Of a DNA stretch of 64,000 nt, positions 25,341 to 36,893 are shown piece after piece. This DNA is from Callorhinchus milii (Eukaryota): contig NW_024704765.1 of NCBI RefSeq assembly GCF_018977255.1, forward strand, positions 9,238,001 through 9,302,000. The letters run 5' to 3'. Each line of letters starts with the position of its first letter. The stretch's first letter is position 1. The notes below the pieces were generated by a model. It saw only the letters and a list, made by a program, of their open reading frames with translations. It did no database searches and was not told the origin of the DNA. A program made the position numbers and the translations under genes.

Positions 25341-28300
25341 TTATTCTAAGCAGTCTTGTAGCTGGTTTATCTCCACCACGTACGTCTCGCAGCCAGGTGA
25401 CAGGTCCCTGGCTCTCAGCTCCTCCAGCTCGTCCTTCAAGGCCTGCCATTTCTTCACCATTTTCCTCATCTCCTCCTGCTTCACCTTCAGCCTCTTGCGG
25501 AGCCTTTCGTTCTGCTCCAGCGCCGTGTACAGCCTCTTCTTCATGATGCCCAGGTTGGTGGCGGCGTAGGTGTGGTCCTCAGCTCCCTCGAAACAGGGAG
25601 CTCCCCCAGGATTCCGCCCCGGTGCCTTTTCCTCCACTCGACTTGGGTTGACTGTGGGCAACTGACCAACAGAAAGAAAACAACTTCACAATAATAATCA
25701 GCCTGCATTTGAAGAGAACACAAAGCGCTGTCAAGTGTATTTGTAGGCAAACACGACAGCCAAATAATATATACACAGCAAATTCCCCACAACGCGAACA
25801 ACTTGCATTTATATAGCGCTCTCCACGCGGGGTAGCATCCTGGTGCGCTTCATACAGCTGTTGAGACGTTTCAAAGCGCTTCACAGAATATAATAATAAT
25901 CCTTGGATTTGATATTGCATTGTATAAAGAATAAACTGTAAAGTGAACTGACTGTATATTTTGTGGGTGAAATCGGCAGCTAATTATCTGGAGGGCTGTT
26001 GGGTCAGGACACTGAGAGAAACTCCCTTCTCTTTTGAATAGTGTCTTTAACATCCACCTGAACCTCGGATTAACATCTCATCCTAACAATGGCATTCCGA
26101 GACTCTCCTCGCGTGAAGGCGCATTATATAAATGCAAGTTGTTGTTGTTGTTGAGTGCTCACCAAGTCCTGCTTTGGAGTGCCAATAATTTTTTTTATAA
26201 TTAAAAAAATTCAAATGATTTTTCTGCAGTAGGGTATTTCTCCGCTTACAATAATACATCATAACCCTGAAGGAATTTAATAGATATTTAATGTTAGTTG
26301 TTTTAGCATCATTCAAAACTTATTGCACTATTAATTTAATCTCACCTCAAAGTGAGATGGGTTTACTTTTCCAGTGCTATTCTGGGGCAGGGGGGAGCCT
26401 TGCATTGTCAGAGAGACAGAGACACCATCCTTACAATGAGACACTTAACTGATGTCCTATCTGCCTGTTCAGGTGGATTTTTAAGTATTCAACACCTCCC
26501 TACAGAAGCTCAGCAGAGAATTGTGAGCGTGAGCCAATGCTCTGATACTCTCTGGTGTATGACGCTCCACCACAAATCACAGGATATGTATTCACCGTTT
26601 CAATTCTTTCCTCAGTCACTTCAATCTTGCTTTTGATTTCACTTGTCAATTTTAATTTTTTCCTGGCCTGGGGTTTCTGCGGGAAGAATGAAAAGAACAA
26701 GTATCATCACTATGTAGGCAAGTCTATAACAGAGAGCGACAGAATGGAATGCAAGATATTTAATTTATAGAAGTTGGTTTACGTAACAACACTCTTTACT
26801 AAAATATATAATTTATTTATATCTGGAAGAGAGAAAGTATATATGACACACATACACAAACACAGAAATAGGCACAGACAGACAGAAACAACAACAACAA
26901 GATTCCATTTATAAAGCGCCTTTCACGTCAGGAGGACGTCCCAAGGCGCTGCACAGTTGGGTCAGGATCCGAGCAGGGGGAAATGGTCAGGGTGAGGGGA
27001 GGGAGGGAGCGAGGAGGGGGAAGAGAGTCGAGAGGGGAGCTGACGGCTCGGTCAAAGAGAAAGGTTTTGAGACCGGCCTTGAAGGAGGAGAGGAAGCGGC
27101 GAAGGCACTGGGGGATGGAGTTCCAGAGCCTCGGGGCTGAGAGGCTGAAGGCCCGACCACCGATGGTAGGGCGGTTGGGGCGGGGGACGTGGAGCAGACC
27201 AGAGCCGGAGGAACGGAGGGTACGGGCAGGTAGGTAGGGGGATAGTAGGTTGGAGAGGTAGGAGGGAGCGAGGCCATGAATGGCCTTGTAGGTGAGGATG
27301 AGGATCTTGAAATCGATCCTCTGGGGGATGGGGAGCCAGTGGAGGCGAGCGAGGGTGGGTGTGGTGTGGTCGCGGTGTCTGGTGCGGGACAGTACACGAG
27401 CTGCAGAGTTCTGAATGACCTGCAGCTTGTGGAGGGAGGTGGCGGGAAGGCCGGCGAGGAGAGAGTTCCCATAGTCCAGCCTTGAGGTGACAAAGGCGTG
27501 GACCAGGGTTTCAGCAGCGTGAGGGGTGAGGTAGTGCCGTAGTCTGGCGATGTTCCGGAGGTGATGGAAAGACATACACATACAGTTCAGAAGCACAAAG
27601 TTACAGATATACTACATACCACACATAGACATGATACCCATGCTCTTCATATCTACAGTGGGCCAGACCCAATCAGTGTGGATATCAAGTTCTACTACTG
27701 CAATAAGACAAGGCAGTCCAACTGGCGGCCCATGGGCCGCATCTGACCCACAGGCTGGTATCATCCGCCACCCACCCTCCCCACACCCGCCATTTCATCT
27801 GGCCCATCCACTCCCTCCACAAATCGTAAATGTTCTGTTATGTTTCTGGTAGGGAAACCCAAAAATATTGCTTATGCAGCCCGCAGACATTTCTCAAACA
27901 GGGCACCCGGCCCTTAGCAGCCAAAAGGTTGGACCACCCTGACATAAGATACTCCTTTTAATCTGAGTCAACTCTGTACCTTCATGGTATCTGGGTAGTG
28001 AAAGATTGTGGGCACTGCATTGTGCTTCAAATTTTTCCGGTTGCCCCACGTGTTGAAACACTCCAGTTTGAAGTGCTCGGAGCAGATTACCGTGTGCTGG
28101 GTCGGTTGGAATTCTGCCCTCCCTACATTGTTCACCCATTCTTCAAAGAGGTCGGGCTTGCTGAAGGGAAATCTGTGCAAAGAGAAAAGCCAATCAGGGA
28201 ATGAAACAATAATTAAAATGACATTTTACACTGTACTGAATATATCTATAATATTATATAAGGTGCTGGGTGTTATTTGTGAAAGGTCAGTTCATACTCT

Positions 28301-29387
28301 GATACCATATTACCCTGTATGTTAATAAATAAATATTACACTGAATGTTAATAAATGCCTTGCATTGATATAGAGCCAATGCCGCATCATCGAACCGTCT
28401 TAAAGCACTTCACAGCATTCACTGCAAAATGTAGTGCAGGTGAACGCAATATTCACTTTGCGAACAGTAATACAGTGCACAGTAAGCAGTATAGTGACAG
28501 TGTATATTATATCACTATAGCACACCATATATTAAACAGTATTAAACACATGACTGTTTGTGGGACGCTGCTGTGCGCAATTGGCTGCCGCGTTCACCCA
28601 CAATTATACGGTCAACTCACTTTACAGCATATTCTGTGAAGCGCTTTGGGACGTCGAGAAGACGTGAAAAGCGCTACATCAAATGCGAGGATTATTATTG
28701 TTAGTAGCAGTAGTATACACAGTATAACTCAACCCCGCCCACCACCATCATCATGCTATCAATATCCCGGCCACAGGGTTTAATGTATTTATACACACTC
28801 CTAAATCGCCGCTCCAGATAACTCGCCACTGAGGCCTTGGGGGGGGGGGGGATGTGTGTGGGGGTGTGCGGGTGTGTGTGGGGGGGGGGGTGGGGTGTGG
28901 GGGTGTGTGTGTGTGGGTGTGTGTCTGTGGGGGGGTGGGTGTGGGGGTGTGGGGGTGTGTGTGTGTGGGGGTGTGTCTGTGGGGNNNNNNNNNNNNNNNN
29001 NNNNNNNNNNNNNNNNNNNNNNNNNNNNNNNNNNNNNNNNNNNNNNNNNNNNNNNNNNNNNNNNNNNNNNNNNNNNNNNNNNNNNNNNNNNNNNNNNNNN
29101 NNNNNNNNNNNNNNNNNNNNNNNNNNNNNNNNNNNNNNNNNNNNNNNNNNNNNNNNNNNNNNNNNNNNNNNNNNNNNNNNNNNNNNNNNNNNNNNNNNNN
29201 NNNNNNNNNNNNNNNNNNNNNNNNNNNNNNNNNNNNNNNNNNNNNNNNNNNNNNNNNNNNNNNNNNNNNNNNNNNNNNNNNNNNNNNNNNNNNNNNNNNN
29301 NNNNNNNNNNGCTCACCTGTGGAAGGTCAGGCCCCTGTTCTTGCTCTGTCTGTTGGTGCAGTTGTAGGCAGCACATGACTTGGGCAT
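25341..29387 (-). CDS. THAP3: THAP domain-containing protein 3, about 221 aa, 4 identified coding exons
   Basis: Exons 29317-29387 (MPKSCAAYNCTNR...TFHR), 27980-28172 (FPFSKP...VICSEHF...AVPTIF), 26596-26676 and 25341-25661 (DHTY HCF-1-binding motif, coiled coil LEQNERLRKRLK). C2CH THAP signature; orthology by synteny between DNAJC11 and PHF13. Exon 3 is less certain and a further small exon cannot be excluded. Confidence 0.88.
26885..27572 (-). mobile_element. 5'-truncated L2-clade LINE (ORF2 C-terminal region plus 3' tail) in THAP3 intron 2
   Basis: ORF 26928-27596 has typical L2 ORF2 motifs (LVHAFVTSRLDYGNSLL, LQVIQNSAARVL, LHWLPIPQRIDFKIL). Ends in a stem-loop and (TTG)n tail. Confidence 0.9.
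28838..29310. repeat. G/GT-rich compound microsatellite running into an assembly gap (similar at 10328-10421 and 42491-43065)
   Basis: (GT)n interspersed with G runs, adjacent to N blocks. Confidence 0.85.
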
Positions 29388-29399
29388 GTCGCTTGTGCG

Positions 29400-29820
29400 C
29401 CTGCGCCGCTTTGCCCCCCACAATAATGGCGGCGGCGGCGACGCCCGCGGGCCCCGCTCACAGCGGCCGCACTCGCCCTCCCGGCGCTCGCCGTCACAGC
29501 CAGACCCTCCTCACAGGCCTCTCCGGTGGCGGTGGGTGGAGGGGGGGGGAGAGAGGGGGGGCCACCGGAGCCGGTTCTTGAGGCGAAAAGTCCTTGTGAA
29601 GCGAAGGGAGAGTTAAAATAATAAACCGCATCGGGTGAAGCTCGAGCGCTGCCTCCCCGCCGTGAGCGCGGCCTTGACGTGATGACGTCGCCAACCCCTC
29701 CCCCCCCCCACCGCCGCCGCCGCCACGCGGGCGACGTACCTTTGCGCCGTGACATCACGGGCGACGTTTGCCACGCCCGCCGCCAGGGTTTTGGCGGGAA
29801 AAGCCAGGGGATTTTTTTTC
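29400..29820 (-). promoter_or_regulatory. THAP3 CpG-island promoter with YY1-, CRE/ATF- and E2F-like motifs
   Basis: ATGGCGGC near 29426, TGACGTGATGACGTC at 29675-29689, TTTTGGCGGGAAAA at 29789-29802. Repeated at about 43160-43560. Confidence 0.6.
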
Positions 29821-31694
29821 TCTGAGACCCACTCAATAATAATAATAATACTAATAATAACAATGATGATGATGAGAGTAATACTTGCATTTGATATAAG
29901 GCCCCGATCACGTCTCAAAGCGCTTCCACGGAATATACCGTCAGGTGTAGTGACTGTGCATTCCGCCACAGCCACGACCCCACATAGCCCCGAATTGACT
30001 GGACCCAATTATTATTATTATGGTTATCACCGTCGTCATTATTTCCCGCAAAGCGCTTCGAGACGTCGCAACGGCACGGAAACGGCGCTGTATCAAACGT
30101 GAGGATAATTATAATGGCAATAAGGTCCGTCTCCCGAGACCTTAATAATAATAATAATAATCCTTGCATTTGATACAGCGCTTTTCACGTCGGGAGGACG
30201 TCCCAAAGCGCTTCACAGAACACACTGTAAAGTGAAGTGACTGTATATTTGTGGGCGAACGCGGCAGCCAATGGCGCACAGCAATGTCCCACAAACAGTC
30301 GTGGGTTGAAAATGACCAATTTATTATTGTTTTGTTTTTTGGAGGGATTATTATTAGGCGTTTAACCTTAGCCTTTAACCTCACCTTCCGTTATCTTCTG
30401 AGCCACGTCCCTGCTCCTTAATCACTATCGACGGTGAGCCCCACACGCCCCGTCGCACACAGTTGGTTGCCCTTCACCCCGACCGACACAAATTAAAGAG
30501 AAAAAAAAACACCCCACTGATTAGCACCGGGCGTCAGAAATTAAAACTTTTTAAACCCGTTAAAATACCAATAGTTAAATCTTTATTTACAAAATAGTTT
30601 CCGATATACACGTATACAAAGTTTCACAGAAACAAGGTTTTTGCTTTTGTCCCGCTTTGACGATTCCCCTCTCCCCCCCCCCCCCCGTTCCCCCCGTCCC
30701 CGCCCCGCACCAAGGAGACCATCCCGTCATTCCCGGCCACGACACCAGTCCAAAAAAAAAGGCGCTGGTCCATGTATCAAACGACCATCAAGTGCGGATC
30801 TCCCTACCGCGAGCGAAGGCACCGCTAGAACGTGGAATGTCACGACGCTAGTCTTTACATTTGCCCCTTGTCGGTAAAATAATTTAAGGGGGAGGTGGTG
30901 GGGGAGGGTAACTGGAAAAGGGTTTTTTTTGTGGAGGGAAACAAAATTGGCAGAAAAGGTTACAACCGTGAGCACAGGAAGAGAACTGAACATGCTTCGG
31001 ACTGTGTCGGTCAGAGGGGAGCGAGGACGTCGACATCGATGTCTTAAAATAATCTCTCTACATTGAAACTGGCCATGACGGTTACTTACTTACTGACAAT
31101 TCGTTCAGGGGTGAAGAGCTTTCATCCTCCAAAGATTGGCTTCTTTTCCTCCCACTCCCCTCCACCCCCCTCACCCGAAATTGAAGGGCGCCTGTCCTCC
31201 AGAGGATTAAGACACCGTTGAGGAAAACGTCCTCCATGGAAAAAAAATGGAAGTTTCCCCCCAGTCCTCAAAAAAAGTATGTCAAGTTATTTGCTGGACG
31301 TTTGTGTAGTGTTAACTGTACATCCACCCTGCTCGCCACTCCAAACCCAATAGGCACTGATTGAAACACGGAATCAACTGCTATGCCAATTCGTGCTTCC
31401 CCGGACATGTCAATGTTTGGGTAGTAGCCAAATCAGTGAATAACCAGGGTAATAAAGCACGCTCTGAGTGAACAACACAGGGTAAGAAACAGAGAGATTC
31501 TCTCCCTCCCCCAAACTAACTGGAAATCACATGAAGTCATCGAGGCACGATGGGAGGTTGAACTCATGTGAGTGAAGTTATAAGGTGCAGTTTGTGTGTT
31601 GCGGGGGGGGGGGGGGGGGGGAAGGGGGGTGGGGATGGTGGTGGTGGGATGATGGAATCAATGTATATTTTCTACATACGGTCATCCCCATTTC

Positions 31695-32800
31695 TTCTCT
31701 GTACCCCCCCTCTCTGTCTACCCCCCAGCTCTCTTTCTCTCTCCCCCCCCCCCGCTCTCTCTGTACGTCCCCTCTTTCTCTCTACACCCCCCCGCTCTCT
31801 CTGTACGTCCCCCTCTTTCTCTCTACCCCCCCCCGCTCTCTCTGTACGTCCCCCCTCTTTCTCTCTACCCCCCCCCTCTCTCTGTACGTCCCCCTCTCGT
31901 TCTCTCTACACACCCCCTCTCTCTGTACGTCCCCCTTCTTTCTCTCTACTCCCTTCTCTGTACGTCCCCCTTTTCTGTACGTTCCCCTCTTTCTCTCTAC
32001 CCCCCCCCCCACCTCTCTCTCTGTACGTCCCTCTCTCTCTCTCTGTACGTCCCCCCTCGCTCTGTACGTCCCCCCTCTTTCTCTCTACCCCCCTCTCTGT
32101 ACGTCCCCCTTCTTTCTCTCTACTCCCTTTCTGTACGTTCCCCCTCTTTCTCTCTACCCCCCTCTCTGTACGTGCCCCCCCTCTCTCTGTACGTCCCCTC
32201 TCCCTCTCTGTACGTCCCCTCTCTCTCTGTACGTCCCCTCTCTCTGTCTACCCCTCCTCTTTCTCTCTACCCCCCTTTCTCTGTACGTCCCCCCTCTCTC
32301 TCTCTACCCCTCCTCTTTCTCTCCCCCCCTCTCTCTCTACCCCCTCTCTCTGTACGTGCCCCCCTCTCTCTACCCCTCTCTCTGTACGTCCCCCCTCTTT
32401 CTCTCTACCCCCCCGTACGTCCCCTCTTTCTCTCTACCCCCCTCTCTGTACGTCCCCTCTTTCTCTCTACCCCCCCTCTCTGTACGTCCCCTCTTTCTCT
32501 CTACCCCCCTCTCTGTACGTCCCCTCTTTCTCTCTACCCCCCCTCTCTGTACGTCCCCTCTTTCTCTCTACCCCCCCTCTCTGTACGTCCCCTCTTTCTC
32601 TCTACCCCCCTCTCTCTGTACGTCCCCTCTTTCTCTCTACCCCCCTCTCTCTCTGTACGTCCCCTTTCTCTCTACCCCCCCTCTCTCTCTGTACGTCCCC
32701 GCCCCCCGCTCTCTCGATCTACCCCGTCTCTCTCTCTCTCTACGTTCCCCCTCTCTGATCCCCCCCTCTTTCTCTCTACCCCCATCTCTGTACGTCACCT
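31695..32800 (+). repeat. Pyrimidine-rich minisatellite, unit about 30-35 bp (ctctgtacgtcccctctttctctctacccccc)
   Basis: About 30 degenerate units with a well-conserved TGTACGT core, read directly from the sequence. Confidence 0.9.
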
Positions 32801-33841
32801 CTCCTCTCTCACCCTCCCCACCCCACTCCGCTCTCTCTATCCACCACCCACCCCTCTCTTTACCCCCGCGCCCCCACACACAGAGAAGCTGGAGCCCCCC
32901 CCCCCCCCCAGCAGTCAGTCCACCCGCACTATCACACGGCAAAGGGAGAAAGGGAATAATAACCTGATTTCAACACACGAATTGCTAACAACGAAACCTC
33001 GCAAACACACAGGAAGACATTTCTCCCCGGGTTAGCCTTCNNNNNNNNNNNNNNNNNNNNNNNNNNNNNNNNNNNNNNNNNNNNNNNNNNNNNNNNNNNN
33101 NNNNNNNNNNNNNNNNNNNNNNNNNNNNNNNNNNNNNNNNNNNNNNNNNNNNNNNNNNNNNNNNNNNNNNNNNNNNNNNNNNNNNNNNNNNNNNNNNNNN
33201 NNNNNNNNNNNNNNNNNNNNNNNNNNNNNNNNNNNNNNNNNNNNNNNNNNNNNNNNNNNNNNNNNNNNNNNNNNNNNNNNNNNNNNNNNNNNNNNNNNNN
33301 NNNNNNNNNNNNNNNNNNNNNNNNNNNNNNNNNNNNNNNNNNNNNNNNNNNNNNNNNNNNNNNNNNNNNNNNNNNNNNNNNNNNNNNNNNNNNNNNNNNN
33401 CAGCGTTATATACGCACACACAAGACACACACACACACACACACACACCAACGTGAAATTAAGTCCATTTTAACCAGCGTTCAGCCCAGTCCCTGGACTA
33501 CATTGCACACAGTATAGTATCTACATAAAGACAGTAACAAAAGGCCAGAGTGTGTGTGTGTGTGTGTGAGAAAGAGAGAGAAAGATCGGTGTTAACCCAG
33601 TAAAAGCATTCACCAGCTCTCTCACCATAGTTCAACACTTATTTGCCTGTGATTTGGGAATACTGTATCGTCAATGGTTTATATGTGTATTTACACACAC
33701 ACACACATCTCAATGATCTTTTAACAAAGTGCACACTTTAAAATAACAATCAAGGGAGGGAGGGAGAGAGAGAAAAGGATAGGGTTTCGCGAGGTTGGAA
33801 TGGCTTTGGTGAACGATCCGCCTCGAAAATAGATCATTAGC

Positions 33842-33873
<32 letters not shown>

Positions 33874-34575
33874 TGGGGGGGGGGGGGGACTGCTCGCCAT
33901 CCAGGCAAGATGGCGAATATTTATTATATATATATAAAAATAACACACACACACCAGGACTTGGGACCTGTGAGAGGCAGACAAGACCCTTGAAAGGGGG
34001 GGGGGGCAAGACAGTAACTTAAAGGGTTATAATGCCCCCCCCCCCCCACTCCCTCTCTCTCTCCAGTGTAAGGTAAGCACAAGTACTGTACTAACGATCA
34101 TGGACAGATCAGGATCACACAACTCTCCCCCTTCTCTCTCTCTCTCACCCCCTCTTCCCCCCCCCCACCCACCCCATTAGGGAGGGAGGGGGGTTGTGTG
34201 TGTGTGTGTGGGGGGGGGGGGGGCAGCCGGAAAAAAAAGGGATTTAAAAGAAATCTAATGTTTAAAAAAATCAAGCAAGATGGCGCAAAACTGTAATCAG
34301 AGAGCTGTGGGGTTATGAAATCCAACCCCAGCGCCAGGGAGAATCTAACCAGAAAATAACCATTTCATGTCTTACCAAGAAAATTACAATCATCTCTTTC
34401 CCCTTTTTTCAGACCAAAAGACTGACTTCCACACCCCCCCACCCCCCACCCCAAACCCCACCACACACACACTCACACACACTCTCTCACACACACACCA
34501 CCCACCCCCTCCCTGTAAACACTGATAAACACCTATATTTTTTAACATTAAAGAAATATGGGAAACAACTCTTAC

Positions 34576-34611
34576 CTCTGAGTCGAAAGTTGAGTTCGCA
34601 GCAGTGTCCAT
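34576..34611 (-). CDS. PHF13: PHF13 probable first coding exon (MDTAANSTFDSE)
   Basis: ATG...GAG|gtaag, 36 nt, phase 0. Resembles the short human exon 1 (MDSDSCAAAFHPE, from memory) and sits in the syntenic position. Middle exons not found; they may be in the 33041-33400 gap or lost at a misjoin. Confidence 0.6.
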
Positions 34612-36848
34612 TTCTTTTTTTTTATCCGAGAAGGAAAAGGGAGACACGGGGGGAGAAGGAGAGAAAAAAACCATTTAGATTTCACTTTTCATGAAGCGTT
34701 TGGAAGAGAGAAGAGAGGGTGAGAGAGAGAGAGGGAGGGAGTGAGAGAGGAGGGAGTGAGAGAGGAGGGAGGGAGGGAGTGAGAGAGGAGGGAGGAAGGG
34801 AGGGGGAGGGAGGGAGGGGGTGGAGGGTGAGGGAGAGGGGGGGGAGAGAGAGAGAGAAAGATAGATAGATCTCTCTCTCCAGAGCTGGGGGTGTTGGAGA
34901 GTCACATTAAACTTCAGAGTTACCCATTCCACCCTCTTCCTCTCTCTCCTCTCTCTCTCCCCCTCTCCCCCATTTTTTCCCCTCCACGATTTGCCCAAAC
35001 TCCCTTTTCCTTTATATAAATATACATATATTTTTTAAAAAAAGACCTCGAATCGAAGCGAGAAGCATTTACACATCGGTTGCAATAGGAAGAGAGAGAG
35101 AGAGTGAAGAAAGAAGAGAGAGGGAGGGAGGGAGGGAGAGAGAGAGAGAGAAGAGATCAGGGCGGCGTGGAGCGAAAAATCATCAAGACCCCAGCAGTGA
35201 AATGGACACACACCTTCATTTAAGTCTAAAAAAACACTCATAAACGCTGCCTTTCTCGTTTAGTTTAATGTTAACCATTTCTGACCCCCCCCCCACCTCC
35301 CTAACCTTCCTCCCCCACCCCCCACACCCCTCCACCACCCCCTTCCCCCCTCTCTCTGAAATGGAAGCAGAAAATAATACAACTCGAGTCCCAGATCATT
35401 CTCAAATAAAACACACACACACACACACAAACCCCAGAGAAAAGCTGTAACAGAAAGTTGGGGGGTGGTGAGGGGGGGGGGGGGGGGAGGGGGGGGAGGA
35501 AATCAAAGAAACATAACATTTTAAAACAGGGGAGAGAAGAGATTAAATGAAATTTGCGGTTGTTTTAATAAAATTCGTGCTTTTTACCTTTGGAAACGAT
35601 CCCCTGGCGATTCGATGTGTCTGTCCTGTGTGTGTGTCAAAAATATTCTCCTACATCAGATGCGTTCAACCCTCTCTCTCCCTCTCTCTTTCTATCTCTC
35701 TCCNNNNNNNNNNNNNNNNNNNNNNNNNNNNNNNNNNNNNNNNNNNNNNNNNNNNNNNNNNNNNNNNNNNNNNNNNNNNNNNNNNNNNNNNNNNNNNNNN
35801 NNNNNNNNNNNNNNNNNNNNNNNNNNNNNNNNNNNNNNNNNNNNNNNNNNNNNNNNNAATTTGTTTGAACAACAAACAAAAGCCCAAAGAGAGAAAAAAA
35901 AATCACATCCAGAGTCCATGTAAATGAAATCAAATAATAATAAAAATTGATACCGTCCCTTTGATCCGAATGTGACAATGTAACCCTGATGTCAGCTCCT
36001 AATCCTCATGTTAATGAGGACTGAGCCATCCTCCTCTCAGCCTGGAGGGGGTGTGGTGGTGATGGGGGGGGGGGGGTGGAGAGGATATATATCTCGTTAT
36101 ATTTGTACCGACAACAAATACTCCCCCCCCCCATGCCTGTGCCCCCACAGTCACGCACATCTAACAGGACCCACTCCACCACAACAAAACCCCGTCTGTC
36201 TGTAATTTGCACCCAATATTTGCGATTAAAACGTGTGTGTCTCTGTCTCCCCCCCCACCACCAACCCCCCCATCACCTCTCTCTCTCTCTCTCTCTCTGT
36301 GGTTGAGTCCTGAAGGCTGTACAAGTGATCGTCCTGCCCCCTTCCAAATAGTTGCAAGCAGCAAATTTGCAAGAAGTTTATGCGTATATAAAGATATAAA
36401 TAATATTATTACCACTCTCTTTTGTTTTCCTGACAGCCTCCAGACACACACACAACCACCACACACACACCCCCCCCCACACACACACAACCACCCACAC
36501 ACACACCCCCCCCCCACACACACACACACCAACCCCCAAAAAACACAAGCAGAGATGTGGCGATCGGAGGAGCTGCTGTGATCCTGGTCTGGTTTGGGGG
36601 TGAGTAAGAGCGGATTCCACACGTTGGTGGGGATGAATTCTCCCTACAAGGAAGAAAGAGGGAGAGAGAGAGAGGGGGAGGGGGTGAGAGAGAAAGAGAG
36701 AGGCAGAGGGGAGAGAGAGAGAGAGTGAAAGGGAGCAACAGACCTCTAAATGTGAGGGACCTACACCTCCTTCTAACGTCGCCTTGAATTGACATCGCAA
36801 GTTGCTGTGTGGAGCTGAGGATGGACTCGCAATCTGTCCTCTGTCCCC

Positions 36849-36893
<45 letters not shown>

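Noticed and set aside
27980-29387. THAP domain as part of an active P-element-like transposase
   Set aside because: No catalytic domain or terminal inverted repeats; it is a spliced host gene with an HBM and coiled coil in the THAP3 syntenic position.
30360-30390. Telomere-like taacct repeats
   Set aside because: Only about three degenerate units; too short to call an interstitial telomeric sequence.
31695-32800. CRISPR-like repeat-spacer appearance of the TGTACGT array
   Set aside because: The intervening sequences are C/T low-complexity variants rather than unique spacers, the context is vertebrate, and there are no cas genes.
31568-33035. Long ORFs of 287-460 aa rich in P, S and L
   Set aside because: They are translations of the stop-free pyrimidine minisatellite in all three frames, with no protein-like complexity.
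33890-33925. YSPSC peptide resembling the start of PHF13 exon 2
   Set aside because: No acceptor AG upstream and the expected KRRRTVEDFNKFC does not follow; better explained as a YY1-like motif.
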